DNA from: an uncultured Gemmatimonadaceae bacterium
GTDB taxonomy: Bacteria; Gemmatimonadota; Gemmatimonadetes; Gemmatimonadales; Gemmatimonadaceae
Direction of reading: 5' to 3'
NCBI GenBank assembly: GCA_963740355.1
Contig: CAVUDW010000002.1
Location: 2,048,001-2,112,000 of the forward strand
Length of the DNA: 64,000 bases
The notes under the pieces are model-generated. The model was not told the origin of the DNA. It worked only from the letters and a program-made list of their open reading frames with translations, and did not search any database. Each line of letters starts with the position of its first letter. The first letter of the stretch is position 1. Position numbers and translations under genes: made by a program. Shown here piece after piece: positions 28,308 through 36,110 of this stretch.

Positions 28308-28835
28308 TCAGGGCTTGGCCGGCGGGTGGTGCATGTTGTGCTGGCTGCTGTCCATGCCACCGGCGCGGTGATCGTCCCGCTGGAATCGGATGAACTCGCC
28401 CAGCGCGCGCAGGGCGGCCGTGTCGCGCGTGGTGATGATCACCTCGCCGCCGTGCGGCAGCTCCTGCATGCGATACGTGATCGCCCGCCGGCGCGCCTTC
28501 ATGGTGGCGGTACCGGGCACCGTGCGCGCATGCACGAGCGCTGGTGAGCTGAAGTCGCCCTTCGCGAACGCCGCCGCGATCTGTCGCAGGTGCGTGCGAA
28601 TGGTCAGTGTGCCAGCGCTATCGGCGTCATCAGCCTGCAGCTGGATGCGCGCGCCCATGGGAATCAGGTCGAAGCGATGTTTCGACATGTACTGGTCGAC
28701 GCCCATCACCTTGGCGCCGCGCTCCTGCACGCCCTTGAACGCGGAATCGCTGCCCGGACGGTCGCCAGTCTGTGCGGCGCCCGTGGACGCCAGCAGTACC
28801 TGCGCGGCGGCCGTGATCACGAGTCCTCGCAGCAT
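28308..28835 (-). CDS. Hypothetical secreted protein with a His/Met-rich C-terminus
   Basis: Signal peptide; 'RGAKVMGVDQ...HRF', 'GDFSSPALVH', 'FQRDDH...HNMHH'; TAATG coupling to the upstream gene. Confidence 0.75.
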   Translation of the reverse strand: MLRGLVITAAAQVLLASTGAAQTGDRPGSDSAFKGVQERGAKVMGVDQYMSKHRFDLIPMGARIQLQADDADSAGTLTIRTHLRQIAAAFAKGDFSSPALVHARTVPGTATMKARRRAITYRMQELPHGGEVIITTRDTAALRALGEFIRFQRDDHRAGGMDSSQHNMHHPPAKP

Positions 28836-29308
28836 TACTTCGCCTCCCACTTCTTTCGGAGCCCTTCGACTCGTTTCCGATTGACGCCCAGATCGCTGCG
28901 GCCGAGCCGCGACGCGGAGCGAACATGAATCACGCTCGCGGCCGAGTCGAACCGGAACTCGACGTCGTCCACGAAGCGCAGGATCAGACTGGTCGACTCG
29001 GCGTGCAGGTAGGTGCCGCTGTCACTGACGACGGCGGTGCGCGGCCACGCCTCGAGGATGGTCCGCAGCCGCGTCATGTCCGCCTTCCCGCCCGGAGCCG
29101 GGAAGGAGGCGACCTGCTTGTCCGCTGGCGTTCCGGGCTCGGAGCTGACGCAGTTCGGCGTGTCCGGGCAGGGGCGCAGCCGACCGGCTCTAAGGGCGAG
29201 GTCCTTGGGGCGTGCACCGGAACAGCCGAGCATCACACCTCCAAGAAGACCGAAACGAAGCAAGGTGAACCGAACTGCAGACACGGTGGTGTCTCCCGGA
29301 GAGGACAC
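28835..29308 (-). CDS. DUF1499 domain protein (start uncertain)
   Basis: 'LRPCPDTPNCVSS', 'FVDDVEF', 'RSASRLGRSDLGVNRKRVE'. Confidence 0.88.
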   Translation of the reverse strand: MSSPGDTTVSAVRFTLLRFGLLGGVMLGCSGARPKDLALRAGRLRPCPDTPNCVSSEPGTPADKQVASFPAPGGKADMTRLRTILEAWPRTAVVSDSGTYLHAESTSLILRFVDDVEFRFDSAASVIHVRSASRLGRSDLGVNRKRVEGLRKKWEAK

Positions 29309-29463
29309 CGCCCCTCGTCAGAAAGTTGTAACTCGTTGCTCCTCAATTCGTTATACAAGCTGATGTGACGGCGTACACCATGCAATGACAGTGTTCCGAG
29401 GCGCCGACACACGCACTTCCGCGTGACCTCGATTTCGACCGTTCGCCCCATTTGGAGCACGCC

Positions 29464-30084
29464 ATGACCTTTTCCACGACAGTCGCCATCCGCCGCGCCG
29501 CGGTCCTTGGGCTGGCCGCCGTCACGCTCGCCGCCTGCAACAACAAGCGTGTGAGCCGCGTCGACCCAGCCAGCGTCACCGACCTCTCCGGTCGCTGGAA
29601 TGACGTCGATTCGAAGCTGGTCGCCAACGCCCTCATCGATCAGAGCTTCAGCGGGCCGTGGAGCGGGCAGTTCGCATCGTCGCATGGCGGCAACCCACCG
29701 ACGGTGATCGTCGGCTCGTTCCGCAATCGCACCCTCGAACATGTGCCGATCGGCACGTTCGTGAAGGATCTCGAGCGCGCCTACGTGAACAGCGGCCGCG
29801 TGCGACTGGTGGCGAGCCGCGACGAGCGGAGCGAGGTGCGCGACGAACGTGACGACCAGCAGACCAACGCCAGCGCCGAGACACGTGCACGAATCGGCAA
29901 GGAGAGCGGCGCGAACTACATGCTGCAGGGTGACGTGCAGTCGATCGAGGATGCGGAGGGCCGCGAGAAGGTCGTGTTCTACCAGATCGATGCCTTCCTG
30001 GTAGACCTCGAAAGCAACCAGAAGGTCTGGATCGGGCAGCACAAGATCAAGAAGTACATCGATCGTCGTCGCGTCGGCTGGTAA
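29464..30084 (+). CDS. lpoB: LpoB-like (penicillin-binding protein activator family) lipoprotein
   Basis: Lipobox LAAC; 'DLSGRWNDVD', 'NRTLEH', 'GANYMLQG', 'LVDLESNQKVW'. Confidence 0.8.
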   Translation: MTFSTTVAIRRAAVLGLAAVTLAACNNKRVSRVDPASVTDLSGRWNDVDSKLVANALIDQSFSGPWSGQFASSHGGNPPTVIVGSFRNRTLEHVPIGTFVKDLERAYVNSGRVRLVASRDERSEVRDERDDQQTNASAETRARIGKESGANYMLQGDVQSIEDAEGREKVVFYQIDAFLVDLESNQKVWIGQHKIKKYIDRRRVGW

Positions 30085-30093
30085 CCCGGAGCC

Positions 30094-30966
30094 ATGAGCA
30101 TGCATACGACCATGAACACAACCATGAACGCCACGCTGAAATCGAGCCTGCTGATCGGTGCCGGCGTGTTGCTGGCCGCCTGCAATGGTCCGCGTCGGAT
30201 CCACGAGCGGCCGATGATCAGCAACGGCGATCGCACGCCGTCGCAGGAGCGCCTCATCGCGAACGCCGCCGCTGACGGATACAGCGACAATGCGATGCTG
30301 ACCCAGGCACGAGACAGCGTCTATGCGAAGGCTGTGGCGACCTGCCGCGGCACGATCTGCGCATCGGTGGTGAAGGGCGAGATCTCGCTCGGCATGACAC
30401 CGGCGCAGGCGATGGCTGCGACCCGCACGGCGCCGGCCGCCTGGACGCTGCGTGAGAGCGGCGCGGCAACCGTGATGGTGCCGCGTGTGCTGGGCCTCTC
30501 GCCCCGCGACGCCACCGGTGAGGTGGTGATGGTGCAGTTCGACGACGATCGCGTGAATGCCGTCAGCTACCGCGAGACGACCGGCATTCGCGTCGTGAGC
30601 TCGGCGGCCGATACCACCACCGATGGCCGTGCGACGGCGATGGCTGACGCACTGATCCGCGAAGGTGATCAGTTCAATGCCGCTGGCGATCGCGTGCGGG
30701 CCCTCGATCGATACGACCGCGCACTGGCCTTGAAGCGCGCCGACCCGATGCTCGAGTACAAGGTGGCGACCATGCTGGACCTGCAGATGCGCCCCGTCGA
30801 GGCACAGATCCGCTACAAGCGGTTCCTGCAGTCGCTGGAGATCGAGCGGATTCGTGCGCAGGGCGATGCGAACGCACAGCTGGCTGACGCGATCGCACGG
30901 GCTCAGCAGCGCCTGATCGTGCTCGAGCGCCAGGCACCAACACCGCCGCCCTCCCCCGACCGCTGA
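30094..30966 (+). CDS. Lipoprotein with a C-terminal TPR-like region
   Basis: Lipobox LAAC; 'GMTPAQ' SmpA-like turn; 'ALDRYDRALALK' TPR-like helix. Start may be a downstream Met. Confidence 0.75.
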   Translation: MSMHTTMNTTMNATLKSSLLIGAGVLLAACNGPRRIHERPMISNGDRTPSQERLIANAAADGYSDNAMLTQARDSVYAKAVATCRGTICASVVKGEISLGMTPAQAMAATRTAPAAWTLRESGAATVMVPRVLGLSPRDATGEVVMVQFDDDRVNAVSYRETTGIRVVSSAADTTTDGRATAMADALIREGDQFNAAGDRVRALDRYDRALALKRADPMLEYKVATMLDLQMRPVEAQIRYKRFLQSLEIERIRAQGDANAQLADAIARAQQRLIVLERQAPTPPPSPDR

Positions 30967-30977
30967 GACTCCCCGTC

Positions 30978-32477
30978 ATGTGGCGCTCCCTCCTGCTGGT
31001 TGTCGTGCTGGCTCCGTTGACGGCGTGTGCAACGCTGTCGAACACGGCGCGCAGCTACCTGACGGCGCCGAATGGATTGCAGGTCGACGATGACCGTGTG
31101 CGGTCGCTGCTGCAGCGTGGTCGTGCTGACTCGGCACTGCGCGCGGTCGGGAACCGGAAGTCGTCACTGAGCCCGGATGACCGCTTGCTGCGGCTGCTCT
31201 ATCAGGGCACCGCAGCGCGGTATGCCGGCAAGCATCGGGAATCGGGCGCTTTTTTCGACCAGGCGTATGCTGTCAGCGAGGATCGCTACACGAAGAGCGT
31301 CAGCCGCACCGCTGCGTCGATGGTCACCAATGACTATGCGCTGCCGTACACGGCGGGGCGTAACGAACGGTTGCTGCTGCACTACAATGCGCTGCTGGCG
31401 TGGAGCGCCGCGGGAGATGCGGACGCTGCGACTGTCGAGGCGCGCCGACTGGTGGCGTTGCTGGCGAGTTTCGGAGAGCCAGATGCCGATGAACGTCCGA
31501 TGCGCGCGACGATGCATGCCGTGGCGGCCGCGGCATTCGAACAATCGCATGACTGGACCGATGCCGATGTCGCGCGCCGGAATGCCATCAGGCTTGGTGC
31601 AGTGCTCGACAGTGCCTGGCAGGCGCCGGCCGACTCGGAAGGGGATGTCGTGATCGTCGTGGAACGAGGCGACGTGGCGCACAAGGTTGCGGTGGGCCTC
31701 ACGGTGCCGATCTACACCGGCGACAATGCGAACCCGAACAGCAGTGGCTTCGCTGCGCAGCGCATGATGGCCGACTTCGGCGCGCTCCGGAACGGTGGGA
31801 TCTGGTGGGACGATACTCCATCGTGGCGCTTCACCGAGACGCGGTACGCGCCATGGCAGGGCGCGCGTGCGAGTTATCTGCTCGACATGAGCTGGCCGGT
31901 GCTGCGGCGCGCGCCGACGCTTGGTGTTGGCGCGGTGCACGTGTTGTCGGATGCGGGGACCCCGGACCAGGCGGTCGTGAGTGCCAGCGTGAGTGATGCG
32001 CTCGCGGCCGACTATCGTCGTGATCGCGGCGCCATCCTGTCGCGCACCGTCACGCGCGCGGCGAGCAAGTATCTCGCGGCACGCGCGCTGGAAGCGGCGG
32101 CGGAAGCCGCAGCGTCGAAGGGCGACGACTCGGGCGACAAGAAGAAGAAGTCGAAGAAGGACGACGACGCGAAACGCGCCGCGGGCATGATGGCGCGCCT
32201 GTTTGCGAATGCGACCACCACGTTGCTGGAGCGCGCTGACACGCGCGGCTGGACGCTGCTGCCTGGGTCGGTGTCGGTGGTGCGTATGCGAATCCCCGCC
32301 GGCACGCACGAATTGCTCGTGGATGCGGCGGGGACGCGTCAACTCAGCCTGCCGGGTGTCGTCGTTCGCGGTGGCGGGACGACGGTGGTTTCAGCACGGC
32401 TCTGGCGTGAGCCCGGCGAGGGAGTCCGCTCGATGGTAGAGCGCACCGCCACCCACGAGCCCGCGCCACAGCGCTGA
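30978..32477 (+). CDS. COG3014-like lipoprotein
   Basis: Lipobox LTAC; 'YTAGRNERLLLHY', 'DAATVEARR', 'ERADTRGWTLLP'; operonic with lpoB. Confidence 0.8.
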   Translation: MWRSLLLVVVLAPLTACATLSNTARSYLTAPNGLQVDDDRVRSLLQRGRADSALRAVGNRKSSLSPDDRLLRLLYQGTAARYAGKHRESGAFFDQAYAVSEDRYTKSVSRTAASMVTNDYALPYTAGRNERLLLHYNALLAWSAAGDADAATVEARRLVALLASFGEPDADERPMRATMHAVAAAAFEQSHDWTDADVARRNAIRLGAVLDSAWQAPADSEGDVVIVVERGDVAHKVAVGLTVPIYTGDNANPNSSGFAAQRMMADFGALRNGGIWWDDTPSWRFTETRYAPWQGARASYLLDMSWPVLRRAPTLGVGAVHVLSDAGTPDQAVVSASVSDALAADYRRDRGAILSRTVTRAASKYLAARALEAAAEAAASKGDDSGDKKKKSKKDDDAKRAAGMMARLFANATTTLLERADTRGWTLLPGSVSVVRMRIPAGTHELLVDAAGTRQLSLPGVVVRGGGTTVVSARLWREPGEGVRSMVERTATHEPAPQR

Positions 32478-32595
32478 CTTGAAGGCCGGCAGCGCCGGCT
32501 CGACGTCGATCAGCGCACGGAACAACGCCGCCGGCCCATCCAGCACCACGCCTTCGTCGGCGCAGTCGGCGCAGGCGTCGTCATCCACGGGAAGG

Positions 32596-32724
32596 TCAGC
32601 GAGCATAGCGACCTCTGGCACGGGACGTGCTTGGATAGCTGATGCGGGCCGGTTTCGGTCGACGCCAATGCTGCATGAGAACTGCGGGGGCCATCATCGT
32701 GACCAGCAGAACCACTGCAATCAT
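32596..32724 (-). CDS. Possible 42-aa single-TM small protein
   Basis: AGAGG upstream; hydrophobic N-half (MIAVVLLVTMMAPAVLM) and Arg-rich tail. Confidence 0.35.
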   Translation of the reverse strand: MIAVVLLVTMMAPAVLMQHWRRPKPARISYPSTSRARGRYAR

Positions 32725-32806
32725 CTGAGCCTCTGACGCAAAGAGTCTGGACGAGCCGGCACATCGGCGTGCCGGCACATCCCACTCCGCGCAAGTCTCG
32801 GTCGCT

Positions 32807-32961
32807 GTCAGCCGGGCTTGAGCCCTCCTGTCGCGTCCGCTCCCTGCCGGGGCGCCGTACCCCCATCAGACGCCCCGATCCGCGGGAGGTAATGCGGTTC
32901 GGTTCTCAGCCCACTCCGCTCCCTCGGGGCCACATCTCCCGTCCGCTGACGGCTGGCTGAC
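32807..32961 (-). ncRNA. Candidate structured RNA, family not recognised
   Basis: Closing helix GUCAGCC/GGCUGAC, three internal stems, G-U pairs that favour the minus strand, and many GGA motifs. Confidence 0.45.
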
Positions 32962-32987
32962 GTCCGTTTGCATCGTGACGGAAGGGC

Positions 32988-33652
32988 AACAGCAATGGGG
33001 GGGAGGCCACGGAGCTCACTGAGTGCGACCAGCGCTACCAGCCGTGCTTCGCCGCCATCGCTACGGCGGAGAAATCCATCATGGGGAGGCGGCGCCAATG
33101 AGAGGTCTGTTCCGGTCACCAGAGGACGAGTTGGTCGAAACCGTGATTGGCTGTGCGATCGAGGTGCACCGGCACCTCGGACCTGGCCTTCTGGAGTCGA
33201 CATACGCCGCATGTCTTGCGTATGAGCTGCGACTGAAGGGGATTCCGTTTCAGACCGAGGTTCCGCTTCCCGTTCGATACAAGGACATGCAGCTCGAATG
33301 CGGTTATCGCACCGACATGATCGTCGACTCCCGCCTGATCATTGAGATCAAAAGCGTCGAGCGCCTGATTCGATTGCATTCCTCACAACTCATGACGTAC
33401 CTGCGCCTCTCCGGCATCCGCCTCGGATTTCTTTTCAACTTCAACGCCCCGCGTCTCGTCGACGGCATTCGTCGCATCAAGCTCTGGTTCTAACAGCTGT
33501 AGTTGTCCTGCGGTGCACGATCGGCTGCCAATGGAGCACTCCGTGAGCTCCGTGTGCTCCCCCCCCCAATGCAGTTTGCGAAAGCACGCGATGCACGATC
33601 GGCTGCCAATGGAGCACTCCGTGAGCTCCGTGTGCTCCCCCCCAATGCTGTT
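32988..33652 (+). mobile_element. GxxExxY cassette bounded by 39-bp imperfect inverted repeats
   Basis: 32988-33026 matches the reverse complement of 33614-33652 at 35/39 positions. No target-site duplication seen. Confidence 0.6.
33098..33493 (+). CDS. GxxExxY protein (PD-(D/E)XK nuclease superfamily)
   Basis: 'IGCAIEVHRHLGPGLLESTY', 'YRTDMIVD..IIEIKSVE', 'QLMTYL...GFLFNF'. Confidence 0.93.
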   Translation: MRGLFRSPEDELVETVIGCAIEVHRHLGPGLLESTYAACLAYELRLKGIPFQTEVPLPVRYKDMQLECGYRTDMIVDSRLIIEIKSVERLIRLHSSQLMTYLRLSGIRLGFLFNFNAPRLVDGIRRIKLWF

Positions 33653-33674
33653 TGCGAAGGCACGCGCTGCACGA
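33514..33674 (+). repeat. Tandem duplication (78 and 76 nt units) containing GCACTCCGTGAGCTCCGTG
   Basis: Near-identical units starting at 33514 and 33592; they differ mainly in a C9 versus C7 tract. Confidence 0.92.
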
Positions 33675-33730
33675 ACGCTGCGACTGGCACGCACTCCGGC
33701 TAGCTTGCTCGAGCCCTCACCGACTCGATC

Positions 33731-34024
33731 GTGCTCTCCTTTCTGCTGCTGACACTGATTGTCGCGATTCTCGCCGGCGCCCGAGCGACGGGGCCGGGGT
33801 GGGCGGCACGCCTCGGACGCGCGCTGCGGTGGGGCGGAATGGTGGGACTGGTGGGATTCCTCGGCGGATTTTTCGGGCCGATGCTCTTCGCCCCCAGCGC
33901 CAACCAGGGGCCGATGGTCGGGATCTTCCTCACGGGACCGCTCGGCTTCGTGCTGGGCTTCATCATCGGTGCCGTACGCGAGATCCGCGACAGCCGAAAG
34001 CCTCACGACCCGCTCGCACTGTGA
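33731..34024 (+). CDS. Small membrane protein
   Basis: Three hydrophobic segments; 'GFFGPMLFAPSANQGPMVGIFLTGPLG'; GTGA overlap with the next gene. Confidence 0.72.
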   Translation: MLSFLLLTLIVAILAGARATGPGWAARLGRALRWGGMVGLVGFLGGFFGPMLFAPSANQGPMVGIFLTGPLGFVLGFIIGAVREIRDSRKPHDPLAL

Positions 34025-35256
34025 AAGACGTCATCATCATCGGCGCCGGCGCCGCCGGCACCATGGCCGCCATCTTCGCCGCCCGCAGCGGCGCGAGGGT
34101 GCGCCTGCTCGAACGCACCAGGGACGGCGGGCGAAAGATCCTCATCAGTGGCGGTGGGCGATGCAATGTGCTGCCGTCGCGGGTCGATGAAGCGCGCTTC
34201 GTCACCGACTCGTCGCCGAATATCCTCCGCAAGATCATCCGCTCCTGGCCGCTCGCCGAGCAGATCGCATTCTTCGAGCAGGACCTCGGTATTCCACTCG
34301 AACACGAGGAAGAGTCGCTCAAGCTCTTTCCCGCCTCGCACAAGGCGCGCGATGTCCGAGATGGTCTCATCGACTGCGCCGTGCGCAACGGCGTGCAATT
34401 CCTGACCGAGGTCGCGGTCAACGACATCGTGCCAGATGGCGCACGCTGGCACGTGCACTGCGACGATGGTCGCGTACTCGATGCCGACGCCGTGATCGTG
34501 GCGACCGGTGGGTACTCGGTGCCGAACACCGGGAGCGATGGTCGCGGCCTGGCGATCCTGCGCAAGCTGGGCCACACCATACACCCCACCTATGCCGCGC
34601 TGACGCCGGTCACCGTGGAGCCCAACGCCTTCACGGAGCTCTCCGGCATCTCGCTGCCGGTCACGATCACCGCGAAGTCCGGCAAGGAATCGGCGCGTGC
34701 CACCGGCGGCTTCCTGTTCACGCACCGTGGATACAGCGGTCCATCGGTCCTGAACGTGTCGCACGTCGCCGTCCGATCGAAGGCGAGCCATGTCGAACGG
34801 GCCGCACTGTCGGTCAAATGGACGCCGCTCGATGACGACGCCTGGAACCAGCGGTTGGCCCCGCATGGCGCACGGACCGTCTCTGGTGCCGTCCGCGCCG
34901 AGCTACCGGAACGACTGGCCAGCGTGCTCATCGACAGGGCAGGGGTCGACCCGCTGCGCACGCTGAGCGAATTGCGGCGCGACGAACGGCTGCGCCTGAT
35001 CGAGACACTCGTGCGCGGCGACCTCCCGTGGGCGGGGGATGAGGGCTACAAGAAGGCGGAGGTCACTGGCGGCGGAGTGAGTCTCTCCGAGATCGACCAT
35101 CGGACGATGGAGAGTCGCCTGCACCCAGGCCTCTTCCTGTGTGGCGAGATTCTCGACGCCTTCGGCCCGATCGGCGGCTACAACTTCCTCTGGGCGTGGT
35201 GCACGGGACGTGCGGCCGGCATTGCGGCCGCTGTTCCGGCGGGCATGGACAAGTGA
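34021..35256 (+). CDS. HI0933/YhiN (BaiN) family NAD(P)/FAD-dependent oxidoreductase
   Basis: 'IIGAGAAG', 'GRKILISGGGRCN', 'ATGGYS.P.TGSDG', 'FTHRGYSGP', 'GGYNF'. Confidence 0.93.
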   Translation: MKDVIIIGAGAAGTMAAIFAARSGARVRLLERTRDGGRKILISGGGRCNVLPSRVDEARFVTDSSPNILRKIIRSWPLAEQIAFFEQDLGIPLEHEEESLKLFPASHKARDVRDGLIDCAVRNGVQFLTEVAVNDIVPDGARWHVHCDDGRVLDADAVIVATGGYSVPNTGSDGRGLAILRKLGHTIHPTYAALTPVTVEPNAFTELSGISLPVTITAKSGKESARATGGFLFTHRGYSGPSVLNVSHVAVRSKASHVERAALSVKWTPLDDDAWNQRLAPHGARTVSGAVRAELPERLASVLIDRAGVDPLRTLSELRRDERLRLIETLVRGDLPWAGDEGYKKAEVTGGGVSLSEIDHRTMESRLHPGLFLCGEILDAFGPIGGYNFLWAWCTGRAAGIAAAVPAGMDK

Positions 35257-35510
35257 ACGGGACTCTGGTGTCTCTTGGTGTGTGAGCCGATGTTGTGCCG
35301 GTCGACACGAGCCGAAACTGCATCTGCAGCGGTCAGGGCAGGACACGGGAAGTAGCTGTCTGGGACCCTTGATCGTCTTCGAACACGCTGTGTGCAACAC
35401 CGGGACGGCGTCACCCGAGTGGGTGATGGCCCCCCATCAGTTCTTGCGGTAGAGTACGGTGTGACTTGCACCGACTAATTCGTCAGCAACACTCTCTCCC
35501 AGAGGTAGTA

Positions 35511-35954
35511 ATGTCCGTCATGCGCTCGCTCCGGTGGTTCGCAGTTGCCGCCGTGGCACTCGTGCTCGCAGGCCCAGTATCCGCTCAGTCGATGCGTGAG
35601 CGAATCACTGCCGAGCAGCTCACTGGCCTGCTCCGTGACAAGGGCATGGAAGGTCAGGTCAACGAACGCGGCAACGTCGTGGTGCAGGCCAACAACAGCA
35701 AGATCGTGTTCTTCATCTCCGGCCAGACGCTGCAGGCCTACTTCGGCCTTCGCGGCACCTCGGCGAACGTGAACACGATCAACGAGTGGAACAAGACGAA
35801 GCGCTTCGGCCGCGCCTACATCGATGCCGAAGGCGATCCGTGTGTGGAACTCGACTACGACCTCGAAGGTGGCGTGAGCGATGACTCGATCAAGGTCTGG
35901 TTCGACACCGTGACGGCGATCGTTCGCTCCTTCCGGACCCACGTGAGCAAGTAG
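35511..35954 (+). CDS. YbjN-domain protein with a signal peptide
   Basis: GAGG RBS; 'INEWNKTKRFGRAYIDAEGDPCVELDYDLEGGVS'. Confidence 0.8.
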   Translation: MSVMRSLRWFAVAAVALVLAGPVSAQSMRERITAEQLTGLLRDKGMEGQVNERGNVVVQANNSKIVFFISGQTLQAYFGLRGTSANVNTINEWNKTKRFGRAYIDAEGDPCVELDYDLEGGVSDDSIKVWFDTVTAIVRSFRTHVSK

Positions 35955-35979
35955 CTGCTCGCGACGTTGCAAGACACAT

Positions 35980-36022
35980 GACGGGCCGCGCACTCTCCCC
36001 AGTGCGCGGCCCGTCGTCTTTT
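35980..36022 (+). terminator. Intrinsic terminator
   Basis: gacgggccgcgcact/agtgcgcggcccgtc stem followed by a T-rich tail. Confidence 0.7.
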
Positions 36023-36110
36023 CCAGTGCGTCACACAGCACACATCGCGCCACGTACCGCGCCACAGATCGCGCGCGCGTCGAGCACTCCCTGCATCGCG
36101 CCAGGCGCCG

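Noticed and set aside
32807..32961. TPP, glycine, c-di-AMP or 6S identity for the structured element
   Set aside because: Only fragments match (GCTGAGA, GGAGA..CCGAGGGAGC); the other invariant motifs are absent.
33514..33674. Possible mini-CRISPR next to a nuclease
   Set aside because: The two units are duplicated in full, so there is no unique spacer.
35261..35284. CTCTGGTGTCTCTTGGTG motif resembling GxxExxY-type repeats
   Set aside because: Single, short, and does not align with the CACGGAGCTCACGGAG core.
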